Positions 28,580 through 37,742 of a stretch of DNA of 64,000 nt are shown here, in pieces. Source of the stretch: Candidatus Dojkabacteria bacterium (lineage in GTDB: Bacteria > Patescibacteriota > Dojkabacteria > SC72). The stretch covers positions 11,332 through 75,331 of the forward strand of contig DUTP01000005.1 in the NCBI GenBank assembly GCA_012842045.1, read 5' to 3'. The stretch's first letter is position 1. The number at the start of each line of letters is the position of its first letter. A program made the position numbers and the translations under genes. The notes under the pieces were generated by a model. It had not been told where the DNA came from, ran no database searches, and saw only the letters and a program-made list of their open reading frames with translations.

Positions 28580-29596
28580 TTAGTATACTATGAAATAGAG
28601 GATAATTGTAGCTATTAGTAATGAAGCCACAGGAACAACTACTTTTTGATATGGGAAATACACCTTACCTTTGTTCTTTTCCTTTAGGAAAGTATGAAGT
28701 TTACTACCAAGAAAAAACATAATACTACCTAATATTACCCCCAGTAAAACCTTATCTATTCCAAATAAAGTATTATTTGGAATCCCTATCAATCCAGTCA
28801 TTTTCATAGGGATTAAAGCAAAAGCATACATCAATAATATAGAAGCAAGACACCAAACCCAACCACTAACTTTCTTAGCAAATTTCTTCTTCTGAATCCA
28901 ATCTGCTAGCCACAAGCTACTTGAAATCAAAAGACCTCCAATCCAAACACCTACAATAGTATCATCAATACCCAAAGACCTAGACAAGCCTACACCAGCA
29001 CCAACAGCTACTGTACAGAGAGGACAGAGTGCATTTACAGGTGTTGCAAAAAACAAAGGAAGAAGCGACAAAGAAGCTATAACCCCAACCTTCTTTCCTC
29101 TTCTACTTTTTACAAAATATCCAAAGATTGGAAGGACTATCAAAAACCCAAGAACTATTAAAATCAACTTCTCTGTATTAGCCTGACCTTTAGACTTTTC
29201 TTTCTTTTCAGTAGGGACTGAATCTTCTTCTACTTCCCCTTCTTCATTACTAAGATTCCTCACTTTTGCCATAATTGATTCCACACCTTCATAACACTTG
29301 CCATCTGAAAACAACATTGGAATGCCTGCTCTTTGCAAATCAATACCACACTCTTTAGCTTTTTCTATAAAGGTTTCTTGATTCTCAACTTTCTTTTGTA
29401 TCTCAACTTCCTTTATCTTTACTTTCTCTCTTAACCCTTCTTCATCTAACTTATCTCTAACTGTATGACAATATGGACAATTTTCTCCCCAGAAAAGTAT
29501 CACCTCTCCCTCTGCATATACCTTATCTACAACTAGAAACATTGAGATGAGGAAAAAGAATAATGTTAAAAGTTTTTTCATAATACAAAACAACAA
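28580..29596 (-). CDS. Polytopic membrane protein with an N-terminal secreted glutaredoxin-like (CPYC) domain and an intramembrane CxxC
   Basis: Signal peptide (…VVDKVYA/EGE), then EVILFWGENCPYCHTVRDKLDEEG...GIPMLFSDGKCYEG (glutaredoxin fold with CPYC). It is followed by about five TMs, one of which carries PVNALCPLCTVAVGAG. Confidence 0.5.
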   Translation of the reverse strand: MLFCIMKKLLTLFFFLISMFLVVDKVYAEGEVILFWGENCPYCHTVRDKLDEEGLREKVKIKEVEIQKKVENQETFIEKAKECGIDLQRAGIPMLFSDGKCYEGVESIMAKVRNLSNEEGEVEEDSVPTEKKEKSKGQANTEKLILIVLGFLIVLPIFGYFVKSRRGKKVGVIASLSLLPLFFATPVNALCPLCTVAVGAGVGLSRSLGIDDTIVGVWIGGLLISSSLWLADWIQKKKFAKKVSGWVWCLASILLMYAFALIPMKMTGLIGIPNNTLFGIDKVLLGVILGSIMFFLGSKLHTFLKEKNKGKVYFPYQKVVVPVASLLIATIILYFIVY

Positions 29597-29685
29597 TTTA
29601 GAATCTGCGGATATTTTACCACATATTGAATTGTAAAATGATTAGAAAGTGGTAAACTGAAGTATATAATTTAAGAATAACAAAA

Positions 29686-30501
29686 ATGGAAGAAAAATTA
29701 CAAACACAGCCACTACAAGATGAAGAAGTAGCCCAACTTATTATGCAAGAGAAGAAAAGAGTATCGGTACTTCTCTTTATTAGTACAATCCTTTTTCTAC
29801 TAATTGTAGGCCTCGGAGTATATATCCTACACAAAGAGGGTTATTGGACAAAACAAGAAGAACAGAAAAAAGAGGAGAGAAAAGAAGTAACAGAGGTAGA
29901 AGAGGAAGATAAAGTAGAGAAAGGTGAAAAGCCTGTCGTAGAAGAAGATAAAGAAACCATTACAAAAGACTTTGTTGGAGAATATGTGAAAGCCAAAATT
30001 CCCGAAGGTTGGAGTATAAAGGAGTTTAAAGATGGAGAAGGAACTGAATTTGCAGAACCTGGATATAAAGGATTTAGTGCTCTTAACATATATCAAGGAG
30101 AGAAAATGATGTTGACACTCCGAACAGTTCAACTAGGAACTGGTGCACCAATCAAAGAAATTTACAGATTTAAAGACTATTCTCCAGATGAAGAACAAAA
30201 AACAATTAAAAGATTAAAAGCTATGGGAGTTGAAGTAAAAATTGTAGATTATACAAATACTCCATATGCCGAATACCCTATATTAGGTACAATTACTCGA
30301 AGAGTAGAAAAACAGTTCTTCTATGACACAATAAAAGATAACTCAACATTTGAAGCATCAAATGTTTCAAATAGTATAAATCTAAATTTTAAGGTTGGTG
30401 AGAATGAGTACTCTTTTGGCTACTACAAGTTCTCTGAAGAGATTACTGACAACCAACTTCTTATCATAGATAAGATCCTAACAAGTCTAAGAGTGAAGTA
30501 A
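29686..30501 (+). CDS. Hypothetical membrane-anchored Glu/Lys-rich protein
   Basis: One TM (VLLFISTILFLLIVGLGVYIL), a charged linker and a C-terminal globular domain. Confidence 0.4.
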   Translation: MEEKLQTQPLQDEEVAQLIMQEKKRVSVLLFISTILFLLIVGLGVYILHKEGYWTKQEEQKKEERKEVTEVEEEDKVEKGEKPVVEEDKETITKDFVGEYVKAKIPEGWSIKEFKDGEGTEFAEPGYKGFSALNIYQGEKMMLTLRTVQLGTGAPIKEIYRFKDYSPDEEQKTIKRLKAMGVEVKIVDYTNTPYAEYPILGTITRRVEKQFFYDTIKDNSTFEASNVSNSINLNFKVGENEYSFGYYKFSEEITDNQLLIIDKILTSLRVK

Positions 30502-30595
30502 AAGCTTTTTCTAATAATAAATCTGCAACTTATCTACACACCTCGATATGGGTGTGTAGTCATATAAAAGAAAGTACTATACCACTACAACCTCA

Positions 30596-30624
30596 TTGAC
30601 ACCAATCAAATACGCTTGTATATT
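30596..30624 (+). promoter_or_regulatory. Sigma-70-like promoter upstream of the pilin gene (TTGACA-17 bp-TATATT)
   Basis: ttgaca (30596-30601), 17-bp spacer, tatatt (30619-30624). About 35 bp upstream of the pilin ATG at 30659. An 8-bp perfect palindrome (tacacacc-N8-ggtgtgta, 30535-30558) lies just upstream. Confidence 0.4.
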
Positions 30625-30658
30625 GGATATGTATATAATTTAATTAATATTTATTTCT

Positions 30659-31129
30659 ATGAAAGGAAAGAAATATGAGGGTTTCTCTCTTATCGAGATC
30701 CTAGTAGTAGTAGCATTAATCATTATTCTTGCTGCTATTACAATTATTGCAATCAACCCTGCAAAGAACTTTAGGGACACTCGAAATGCACAGAGAGGTT
30801 CTGATGTAAATGCTATTCTTAATGCAGTTACACAGTATATCTCTGAGGAGGGAAGAACACTTGCAAGCATTGGGACTATCTTAGACTGTGAAGATGCACA
30901 GGGTGATCCACAGGCTACAAAGATTGGTACAAGCACAGACGCTGGGTACATTGACCTTACCCCAACACTTGTAACACAAGCAGACCTAATCGTTGCAATT
31001 CCTATAGACCCATTGGATGCATATGATGAGGAAGATACTGGTTACACTATCTGTGCAACACAAGGAGGAAGAGTACAAGTAGCTGCTCCTCACACAGAAG
31101 GAAAGGATCCTATTGTTGTAAAGAGATAG
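30659..31129 (+). CDS. Type IV pilin (prepilin with class III signal peptide)
   Basis: MKGKKYEGFSLIEILVVVALIIILAAITIIAI is the prepilin peptidase cleavage/methylation motif (G/FSLIE) followed by a hydrophobic alpha1 helix. It is the first gene of the pil operon. Confidence 0.8.
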   Translation: MKGKKYEGFSLIEILVVVALIIILAAITIIAINPAKNFRDTRNAQRGSDVNAILNAVTQYISEEGRTLASIGTILDCEDAQGDPQATKIGTSTDAGYIDLTPTLVTQADLIVAIPIDPLDAYDEEDTGYTICATQGGRVQVAAPHTEGKDPIVVKR

Positions 31130-31190
31130 GTTAGTTAAGTAAACAAATATATAAAGTGAGTATCAGATAGCTCTTAGCTGTCCAAGAGTT

Positions 31191-32606
31191 ATGGTAGAAC
31201 TATTACAATTACTAGATGATGTTCTTAAGAAGAAGATTAACATATCTGACTTTCTTGACGCATTAGTCGTAGATGCTCTCAAAAGCGGAGCATCTGATAT
31301 TCACATAGAATCTAAGGAGGATGATATTCTTTTAGTTAGATACAGGGTTGATGGAGTATTGAGAGATATAATCTCAATTGGTCCAGAACTAAAAGATACT
31401 CTCCTCTTTATCATCAAAGTAAGAGCTAAGTTAAGAACAGATGTCCATCTTGCACCACAGGATGGGAAGATCCCTTTTGTTGTTAAAAAAGCTGACATTG
31501 ATGGTGATAAAGAGAAGATTAAGAAAGAGGAAGAGAATGATAAAGACCAAGAGAAAGATGATGTAGAAGAACCCATTGAGGAAAAAGAGAAAAAGAAGAA
31601 AGAAAAAGAGGAGGAGGAACAAGAGAAGAAAGTACTAAACAGGTTGGAAGCATTCAAAGCAGAAGAAAAAGATACCTACAATGTTGATGCTAGAGTATCA
31701 ATACTTCCTGTATCATACGGTGAGAAAGTTGTTATTAGGCTATTAACACAAGCTAACCGATCTCACTCTTTAGCTGATCTAGGTTTTGAAGAACATGACC
31801 TAGCTGAACTAGAGAAAGCATACACACAACCATATGGACTAATATTAATTACAGGACCTACAGGTAGTGGTAAAACCACCACACTCTACTCTATTCTAAA
31901 GATATTAAATACTCGGGAGGTCAATATAACAACAATTGAAGACCCTGTTGAGTACAGTATCGAAGGTGTAAATCATATTCAAATTAACGTAAAAAGTGAT
32001 TTAACCTTTGCTACTGGACTTAGATCTATTTTAAGACAAGATCCAAATGTCATTATGGTCGGCGAGATTAGAGATACAGAAACAGCTAGAATTACTGTTA
32101 ACTCAGCACTAACAGGTCACTTAGTATTATCTACTCTCCACGCAAACGACTCTGTAAGTGCTGTACCAAGATTGATAGATATGGGTATTGAACCCTTTTT
32201 AATCGCATCTACATTAAATATTGTCGTAGCACAAAGACTCGCAAGAAAACTTTGTCCCGATTGTAAGAAACCGTGCTCTCTAGAAAAAGATAAAGAGATA
32301 AAAGAAATGTTAAAGATAAGACCAGATGTAGCTAAATATATAAAACCAACAGATAAATTCTACAAAGCTGTTGGTTGTGATAAATGTAACAACGTGGGTT
32401 TAAAAGGCAGAATTGGAATATATGAAGTACTAGTAATTAACAAAACAATGAGAGATACAATAATAAAGAATCCTACAATGGATGATATATTCCAAACAGC
32501 AAAGAAATCTGGTTTTAAACTAATGGTAGAAGATGCTGTAGACAAACTTAAAAAAGGATATATTGATATACCTGAATTACTTAAGGTTATTGCAATTAAA
32601 GATTAA
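31191..32606 (+). CDS. pilB: Type IV pilus assembly ATPase PilB (GspE family)
   Basis: Walker A (LITGPTGSGKTTTLYSIL), Asp box, Walker B (VIMVGEIRD), His box (LVLSTLHAND) and a C-terminal tetracysteine (CPDC...CDKC). Contains an acidic low-complexity insert (EKKKKEKEEEEQEKK). Confidence 0.9.
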   Translation: MVELLQLLDDVLKKKINISDFLDALVVDALKSGASDIHIESKEDDILLVRYRVDGVLRDIISIGPELKDTLLFIIKVRAKLRTDVHLAPQDGKIPFVVKKADIDGDKEKIKKEEENDKDQEKDDVEEPIEEKEKKKKEKEEEEQEKKVLNRLEAFKAEEKDTYNVDARVSILPVSYGEKVVIRLLTQANRSHSLADLGFEEHDLAELEKAYTQPYGLILITGPTGSGKTTTLYSILKILNTREVNITTIEDPVEYSIEGVNHIQINVKSDLTFATGLRSILRQDPNVIMVGEIRDTETARITVNSALTGHLVLSTLHANDSVSAVPRLIDMGIEPFLIASTLNIVVAQRLARKLCPDCKKPCSLEKDKEIKEMLKIRPDVAKYIKPTDKFYKAVGCDKCNNVGLKGRIGIYEVLVINKTMRDTIIKNPTMDDIFQTAKKSGFKLMVEDAVDKLKKGYIDIPELLKVIAIKD

Positions 32607-33757
32607 TGGCAGAAGAAGAAAAAATAAAAGAGGAGAAAATTCAAGAAGAGAAACCTAAAAAAGAAAAACCAAAGAAGGAAGAACCTAGAGAGAAGCTTTT
32701 GAAAAAATTACAGGGAGTAAAGGTCTCTGTGCCAAACCTTTTAGTTTCTATAAAATCTTTAGCTTCATTACTTAAAGCTGGTATACCTCTCTCTGAAACA
32801 ATGGAAACCATTGCAGGCCAATCAAGCGATCAAAATCTTAATGCAGTATATGAGTATATCGCTGGAGAAGTCAGAAAAGGAGTCACATTAGCAGAAGCAA
32901 TGAAACTTTTCCCCAAGGTCTTTCCAGAAACAATTTCATCTGTAGTAGAAGCTGGTGAACAAGGTGGTTCTCTAGAACAAAACCTTATCTTCATCTCAGA
33001 TACAATTAAAAAAGAATGGGAAATTAACAAGAAGTTAAAAGGTGCAATTATCTACCCTATTATTATCGTTTGTATGGTTTTCATGGTTTTCCTTGCCATG
33101 ATATTTATCGTATTCCCAAAGTTAGAGACAATGTTTGCAGCTTTTGAAAATATTCCTGCGTTTACACAAGCAATTTTAAGTATTTCCAGATATATTCGAG
33201 CAAATTGGTATTTTATCTTTGGTGGTGTTGGTGTTCTGGTAGTACTTTTTATAGTTTTCTTAAAAACAAAACCCGGGAAAAAATTTAAAGGTTGGCTTGG
33301 GATTAACTTCCCTATTCTTAAAAATCTCTTCATCAACAACATTCTATCCTCTTTCTCAAGAACTCTGAGTGTGTTGCTAGCAAGTGGTATACCTATCGCT
33401 AAGTCTATGAAAATTGCAGCAAACACAACAAGTAACTATATCTATGCAGAGGTGTTAGAAGATGTATACAAGAGTATAGAAGCTGGTGATTCGCTATCTC
33501 TTTCATTAGGAAAGCATCCGAAATATTTTAATAAATCTTTTATTAAAATGGTTGAAATAGGAGAAGCCAGTGGATCATTAGAAGACAATCTTATGTACCT
33601 ACATGAATATTATGCAGAAGAGGTCGGAGAGATGAGTGCAAATATCGTTACAGTTGTAGAACCTGTTCTACTCATCTTGGTAGGTCTTATCATCGGAAGC
33701 TTAGTAGTAACTATCCTCATGCCTATTTACCAATTAATGGGTTCTATCAATGCTTAA
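32606..33757 (+). CDS. pilC: Type IV pilus platform protein PilC (GspF family)
   Basis: Duplicated GspF domains with three TMs. Start overlaps the pilB stop (TAATGG). Confidence 0.85.
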   Translation: MAEEEKIKEEKIQEEKPKKEKPKKEEPREKLLKKLQGVKVSVPNLLVSIKSLASLLKAGIPLSETMETIAGQSSDQNLNAVYEYIAGEVRKGVTLAEAMKLFPKVFPETISSVVEAGEQGGSLEQNLIFISDTIKKEWEINKKLKGAIIYPIIIVCMVFMVFLAMIFIVFPKLETMFAAFENIPAFTQAILSISRYIRANWYFIFGGVGVLVVLFIVFLKTKPGKKFKGWLGINFPILKNLFINNILSSFSRTLSVLLASGIPIAKSMKIAANTTSNYIYAEVLEDVYKSIEAGDSLSLSLGKHPKYFNKSFIKMVEIGEASGSLEDNLMYLHEYYAEEVGEMSANIVTVVEPVLLILVGLIIGSLVVTILMPIYQLMGSINA

Positions 33758-34211
33758 AAAACATAACAAAGAAAAAAAACTAAAAGGATTCTCTCTTTTA
33801 GAAATAATTGTAACTGTAGGTATTCTACTTTTGTTTTCTGGAATAATATTTCCTTTTACAATTACTAAGATCAAGAGAACACAACTACAAAGTTATGCTT
33901 CAGAGATAGCTGCGGATATATATTTTCAACAACAAGAAGCTAGAAACAGAAACCAGCCCACTGGTGTTTTTCTTGAAAGTGGACAGTACACTCTTTTTAC
34001 AGGAGAGACTTATGCAACAGCTACAGAAAAAGACAAGAAAGAGCTCAAAAAAGGAACTTACTTATCATCCATTATGTTAAATGATGGAACTTCTATTCGT
34101 TTTGAGGGGAGTTCTTTTAAACCTCTGACATACGGGTCTTTTCTTTTAAGTAATGGGAGAAGTAGCGTCAAGATAGAGATAAATCAAGAAGGGTTAGTAG
34201 AGTATGAATAG
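33750..34211 (+). CDS. Pseudopilin / minor pilin (prepilin N-terminal motif)
   Basis: KKLKGFSLLEIIVTVGILLLFSGII is a class III signal peptide. Confidence 0.7.
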   Translation: MLKKHNKEKKLKGFSLLEIIVTVGILLLFSGIIFPFTITKIKRTQLQSYASEIAADIYFQQQEARNRNQPTGVFLESGQYTLFTGETYATATEKDKKELKKGTYLSSIMLNDGTSIRFEGSSFKPLTYGSFLLSNGRSSVKIEINQEGLVEYE

Positions 34212-36147
34212 TATTAGAAAGAAATACAAAGCATTTAGTCTAGCTGAATTAATTATAGCAGTAGCTATCTTCGGTTTAATTTCTGCTTTCTTGACACTAC
34301 TTGTGGTTGATTCAACAAGAGCATATGAAAACACATATGCTAGATCTAAAGCTACAAGTCTTGTAAAAGAGATATACTCTACTCTGAAATTGTTAAAAAC
34401 TGATAACTGGTTTGAAGTAACCAAGCATACAGGATTAGGACCTAAGCATTTAATATTCGAAGAAGGAGAGTACAAGATAGCTGATGGAGAAAAGGTTGAA
34501 GGCTTACTAACCTACTTCTTCACCGTTGATTTAGCACAGAGGGATACAGATGGAAAGATTGTAGAAGAAGGTGGTAATACTGACGCACATACAAGAGTAA
34601 TCTCTGTTAATATTAAATGGAAGGACAGGGTTGGTAAAGAACACGTTATAAATCCAAAACTCTATCTTAATGACTGGCATGTTAATACTTTCACCTTCAC
34701 TTCTATGGAAGATTTTCAGCCAGGTGGACATACTGACACAACGGCATCCGAGAGTTTTACTGGTGGTGAATTAAGATTACAATCAGTCTTCTATCCTAAC
34801 TGGTGCAGACCTGAGAGATCTATGAGTAGTTATGATATCCCAGGAGAAGCATATGCGAAATCAATATTCGCTGAAATTGGATATGCATATCTAGGAACGA
34901 GAGGTGGAGATGTTGGTGATCCTTTCACTAAATTAAGAATTGAAGGTGTTAACCCTACAACACTAACAGTAGAGGGAACATTCCAAGGATATCGTATTAA
35001 TGACATCTTCGTAGAAGGAGACTATGCATATCTCGCAACATCAGATGATGAGAAAGAGATTGTCATCTTAGATATCTCCTCAGTCCCTTACCAAGAGGTA
35101 GGACATGTAAATGCACCAGACCAATGGAATAATGATGCTAGGAGTGTGTTTGTAAAAGGTAATGTCGGATATCTAACACAGAGTACGTATGTAAGAAGTT
35201 TTGATTTATCCTCTAAAACAGGTTCTAGGCCTATTCTTAATAGCATATCTATCAGTCTTATCCCCTGGATAGCATCAGTCTCACAGATACATGTTAAAGA
35301 TAATTATCTTTATGCATCACTAGACTGGGACTGGTACGAATTAGCAATTCTTGATGTTAGTAATCCCAGTAAAATGAAGATACTCTCTAGAACAAGTGTA
35401 AACAATCAACAAGTATATGATATGTATGTTTCAGATGATGGAAACAGAGTGTATTTTGGAACAAACTACTCCTCAAGTGAACACGAATTTTTCATAATTG
35501 ACACAAGTGTAAAGAATATTAAATGTCCTATTATTGCATCTAGAAAAGTAGATATGACTGTTAGAGGTATATCTGTTGTTGAAGATGGAAATGTTGTTGT
35601 ATTAGTAGGGACATCAGGTCAAGAATATCAAGTATTTTCTATCACCGACGAAACAAATCCTGTAAAGTGTGGAGGTATGAGCATACCTTCTGGTGTCTAC
35701 GATATCCAATCTGTCCTAGATCCACAAGGGAATGCTTTCTCGTACATCTTAACCGGTGATAAACATCAAGAATTTACAATAATCAGGGGAGGTCCCGGAG
35801 GTGGAGATGAAGATACAGGTAATGGTTTTGTACCAACGGGAAGTTACATTTCTGCAATTCAGGATTCTAAAACTTCAAACTCCACTTATTATACATTAAG
35901 CATTCAAACAAACATCCCAGAAGGAACTCAAATGGGCATTCAGATAAGGATTGGTGATAGTCCAACTATGCAAGGTATACCATGGAAAGGTCCAGATGGA
36001 ACAAACGGAACATACTACTCCACAAGTGGCACTTACTCTTTACCACCAGGAACTAAAGGAAGATATTTCCAATACAAAGTAGACTTTACAGGTGATACTG
36101 TTAACTCACCAATGCTTGAAGAATTAATTATTAGCTATGAGAAATAA
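34204..36147 (+). CDS. Large minor pilin / pilus-tip protein (647 aa) with a prepilin N-terminus and a repeat-rich beta-propeller-like ectodomain
   Basis: KAFSLAELIIAVAIFGLISAFL prepilin motif. Downstream are repeated segments of the LVIVD/beta-propeller type (YAYLATSDDEKEIVILDIS, LYASLDWDWYELAILDVS, VYFGTNYSSSEHEFFIIDTS). Confidence 0.6.
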   Translation: MNSIRKKYKAFSLAELIIAVAIFGLISAFLTLLVVDSTRAYENTYARSKATSLVKEIYSTLKLLKTDNWFEVTKHTGLGPKHLIFEEGEYKIADGEKVEGLLTYFFTVDLAQRDTDGKIVEEGGNTDAHTRVISVNIKWKDRVGKEHVINPKLYLNDWHVNTFTFTSMEDFQPGGHTDTTASESFTGGELRLQSVFYPNWCRPERSMSSYDIPGEAYAKSIFAEIGYAYLGTRGGDVGDPFTKLRIEGVNPTTLTVEGTFQGYRINDIFVEGDYAYLATSDDEKEIVILDISSVPYQEVGHVNAPDQWNNDARSVFVKGNVGYLTQSTYVRSFDLSSKTGSRPILNSISISLIPWIASVSQIHVKDNYLYASLDWDWYELAILDVSNPSKMKILSRTSVNNQQVYDMYVSDDGNRVYFGTNYSSSEHEFFIIDTSVKNIKCPIIASRKVDMTVRGISVVEDGNVVVLVGTSGQEYQVFSITDETNPVKCGGMSIPSGVYDIQSVLDPQGNAFSYILTGDKHQEFTIIRGGPGGGDEDTGNGFVPTGSYISAIQDSKTSNSTYYTLSIQTNIPEGTQMGIQIRIGDSPTMQGIPWKGPDGTNGTYYSTSGTYSLPPGTKGRYFQYKVDFTGDTVNSPMLEELIISYEK

Positions 36148-36622
36148 AAAGAAGATCAAATTAAAAGGACTTACATTACTGGAGACACTACTCTATGTAG
36201 CTCTTTTCTCTATGATTCTCTTTGTAATTATAAACTTCATGCTTGGTACACAAGAAGCAACTAGAAGAAATATGCAAAGAAGCTCTGTTCACCAATCAGC
36301 ACAGTTTGTCAAACAACACTTCGATTACTCTTTTCAGAAGGTAATACAAGTAAGTGAAGGAAGTAGTATTTTTAATAATGATAATGGGAAATTAACATTA
36401 ATTTTCTCAGACACAAGTAAATCATATACAATCTCAAACAATAGGATATATTTTAATGATATTGCTATCACACCAAAAAACATATCTGCAACAAAATTAC
36501 ATTTTGAACCCATATATAGTAAGAAGGGTGTAGTCATGGCAATTAAAGTGTCGACAAAACTAGTAACTAAAAAAGACCCAAAGATATTTGAAGAGATAAC
36601 TTACCTTGCTGTTATTAGATAG
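36137..36622 (+). CDS. Pseudopilin / minor pilin
   Basis: LKGLTLLETLLYVALFSMILFVII is a prepilin-like N-terminus. Overlaps the upstream stop. Confidence 0.6.
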   Translation: MRNKKKIKLKGLTLLETLLYVALFSMILFVIINFMLGTQEATRRNMQRSSVHQSAQFVKQHFDYSFQKVIQVSEGSSIFNNDNGKLTLIFSDTSKSYTISNNRIYFNDIAITPKNISATKLHFEPIYSKKGVVMAIKVSTKLVTKKDPKIFEEITYLAVIR

Positions 36623-36625
36623 AAA

Positions 36626-37030
36626 ATGAAGAAAAGAGATAATAAACAACTCAAGAAAAATGGATATATTGCTCTAACAACAGTTTTAGTAATCATACCC
36701 CTACTCCTTGCAACAGGGATAGACTTAGCATACAGAAGTATAACGAATGCTCTTGTCAGCAAATTGGAGTTTGATCACAACATGTTAGAGGTAAATGCTG
36801 AATCTTGTTTAGAAGAAAGTGTTAGAAAGATAAAGTTTAATATTTTGTTTGAAGGAACATTGATAGTAGAACAACCAACATGGACTTGTAACTCTGTCAT
36901 ATCAAATAAACCAGGAGTAAGTGGTGTAAAGATAATAAATATACAGGCAAGTGATGGAAACCAGAATGTAGTATTACTTAATAAAGAATTAAATACAAAT
37001 ACAGATCCATTTGAAATCTCAAATATTTAA
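36626..37030 (+). CDS. Membrane-anchored pilus-associated protein (PilX/minor-pilin-like), hypothetical
   Basis: NGYIALTTVLVIIPLLLATG is an N-terminal hydrophobic helix. Operon position is between the pseudopilins and pilD. Confidence 0.4.
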   Translation: MKKRDNKQLKKNGYIALTTVLVIIPLLLATGIDLAYRSITNALVSKLEFDHNMLEVNAESCLEESVRKIKFNILFEGTLIVEQPTWTCNSVISNKPGVSGVKIINIQASDGNQNVVLLNKELNTNTDPFEISNI

Positions 37031-37622
37031 AAAAAAATTAAAGAAGGTTGATATTATTTTCATAGTTTGTTTTCTCCTTAGTGCTATATCTATACCTGTT
37101 GCCCTTTTTTTGAAGTCTAGCGATCTAAAGGGAATTCTTTTTTCAACCCTTCTACTAACTCCGTTATTTGGAGCTCTGTGGTATCTTGCATATTATGATT
37201 ACAAGAAGATGGAAGTTCAGCCTACTCTTTCTCTTGCTTTGATAATAGTTTTAGGAATTGTTAATATTTTAGCTTTCTTCTTTTGGAAGGATAATGAGTT
37301 TGGATATAATAATTTGTTGGGAGGTATTACTCTTGGTGTTATTTTTCAATTAATTGTTCTACTTACAAAAGAGAGGGGTCTAGGACAGGGAGATGTTAGA
37401 ATTGCAATTATATCTGGTTTATTAGTTGGTTTTGATGGTTTAACTCCTTGGTTATATATTACAATATTTTCTTCTTTGTTATATGGAATTATTATTGCTA
37501 TTAAGAGAAGAAAGTTTAGAGGTTTGAAAATACCGTTTGTACCTTTTATGGTGTTTGGGGTTGTTATTTTAATAATTTCTCATCTACACCTGACTCAAAT
37601 CCACTGTTTTGCCCAAATATAA
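37011..37622 (+). CDS. pilD: Prepilin peptidase (A24 family), short form lacking an N-terminal Zn-finger domain
   Basis: Polytopic. GLGQGDVRIAIISGLLVGF matches the catalytic (G)GGDVKL aspartate motif of A24 peptidases. Confidence 0.75.
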   Translation: MKSQIFKKKLKKVDIIFIVCFLLSAISIPVALFLKSSDLKGILFSTLLLTPLFGALWYLAYYDYKKMEVQPTLSLALIIVLGIVNILAFFFWKDNEFGYNNLLGGITLGVIFQLIVLLTKERGLGQGDVRIAIISGLLVGFDGLTPWLYITIFSSLLYGIIIAIKRRKFRGLKIPFVPFMVFGVVILIISHLHLTQIHCFAQI

Positions 37623-37667
37623 CCATGGTTGTCTGTCAGGCAACTCTACATAACTCTTTAAACAATT

Positions 37668-37704
37668 AGAGACAGATTCCACTTATTCTGTGAAATCTGT
37701 CTCT
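37668..37704. repeat. Perfect 11-bp inverted repeat (agagacagatt-N15-aatctgtctct) between the convergent pilD and downstream gene
   Basis: Read directly from the sequence. No T-run follows, so its role as a terminator is uncertain. Confidence 0.4.
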
Positions 37705-37742
37705 GTAAGTAATCTCATATTGTACTTATAGGACCTAGATTA

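Noticed and set aside
31301-31657. Two - strand ORFs (118 and 63 aa) inside pilB
   Set aside because: They are antisense to the acidic low-complexity insert of PilB and read as Ser/Phe/Leu runs that mirror the Glu/Lys codons.
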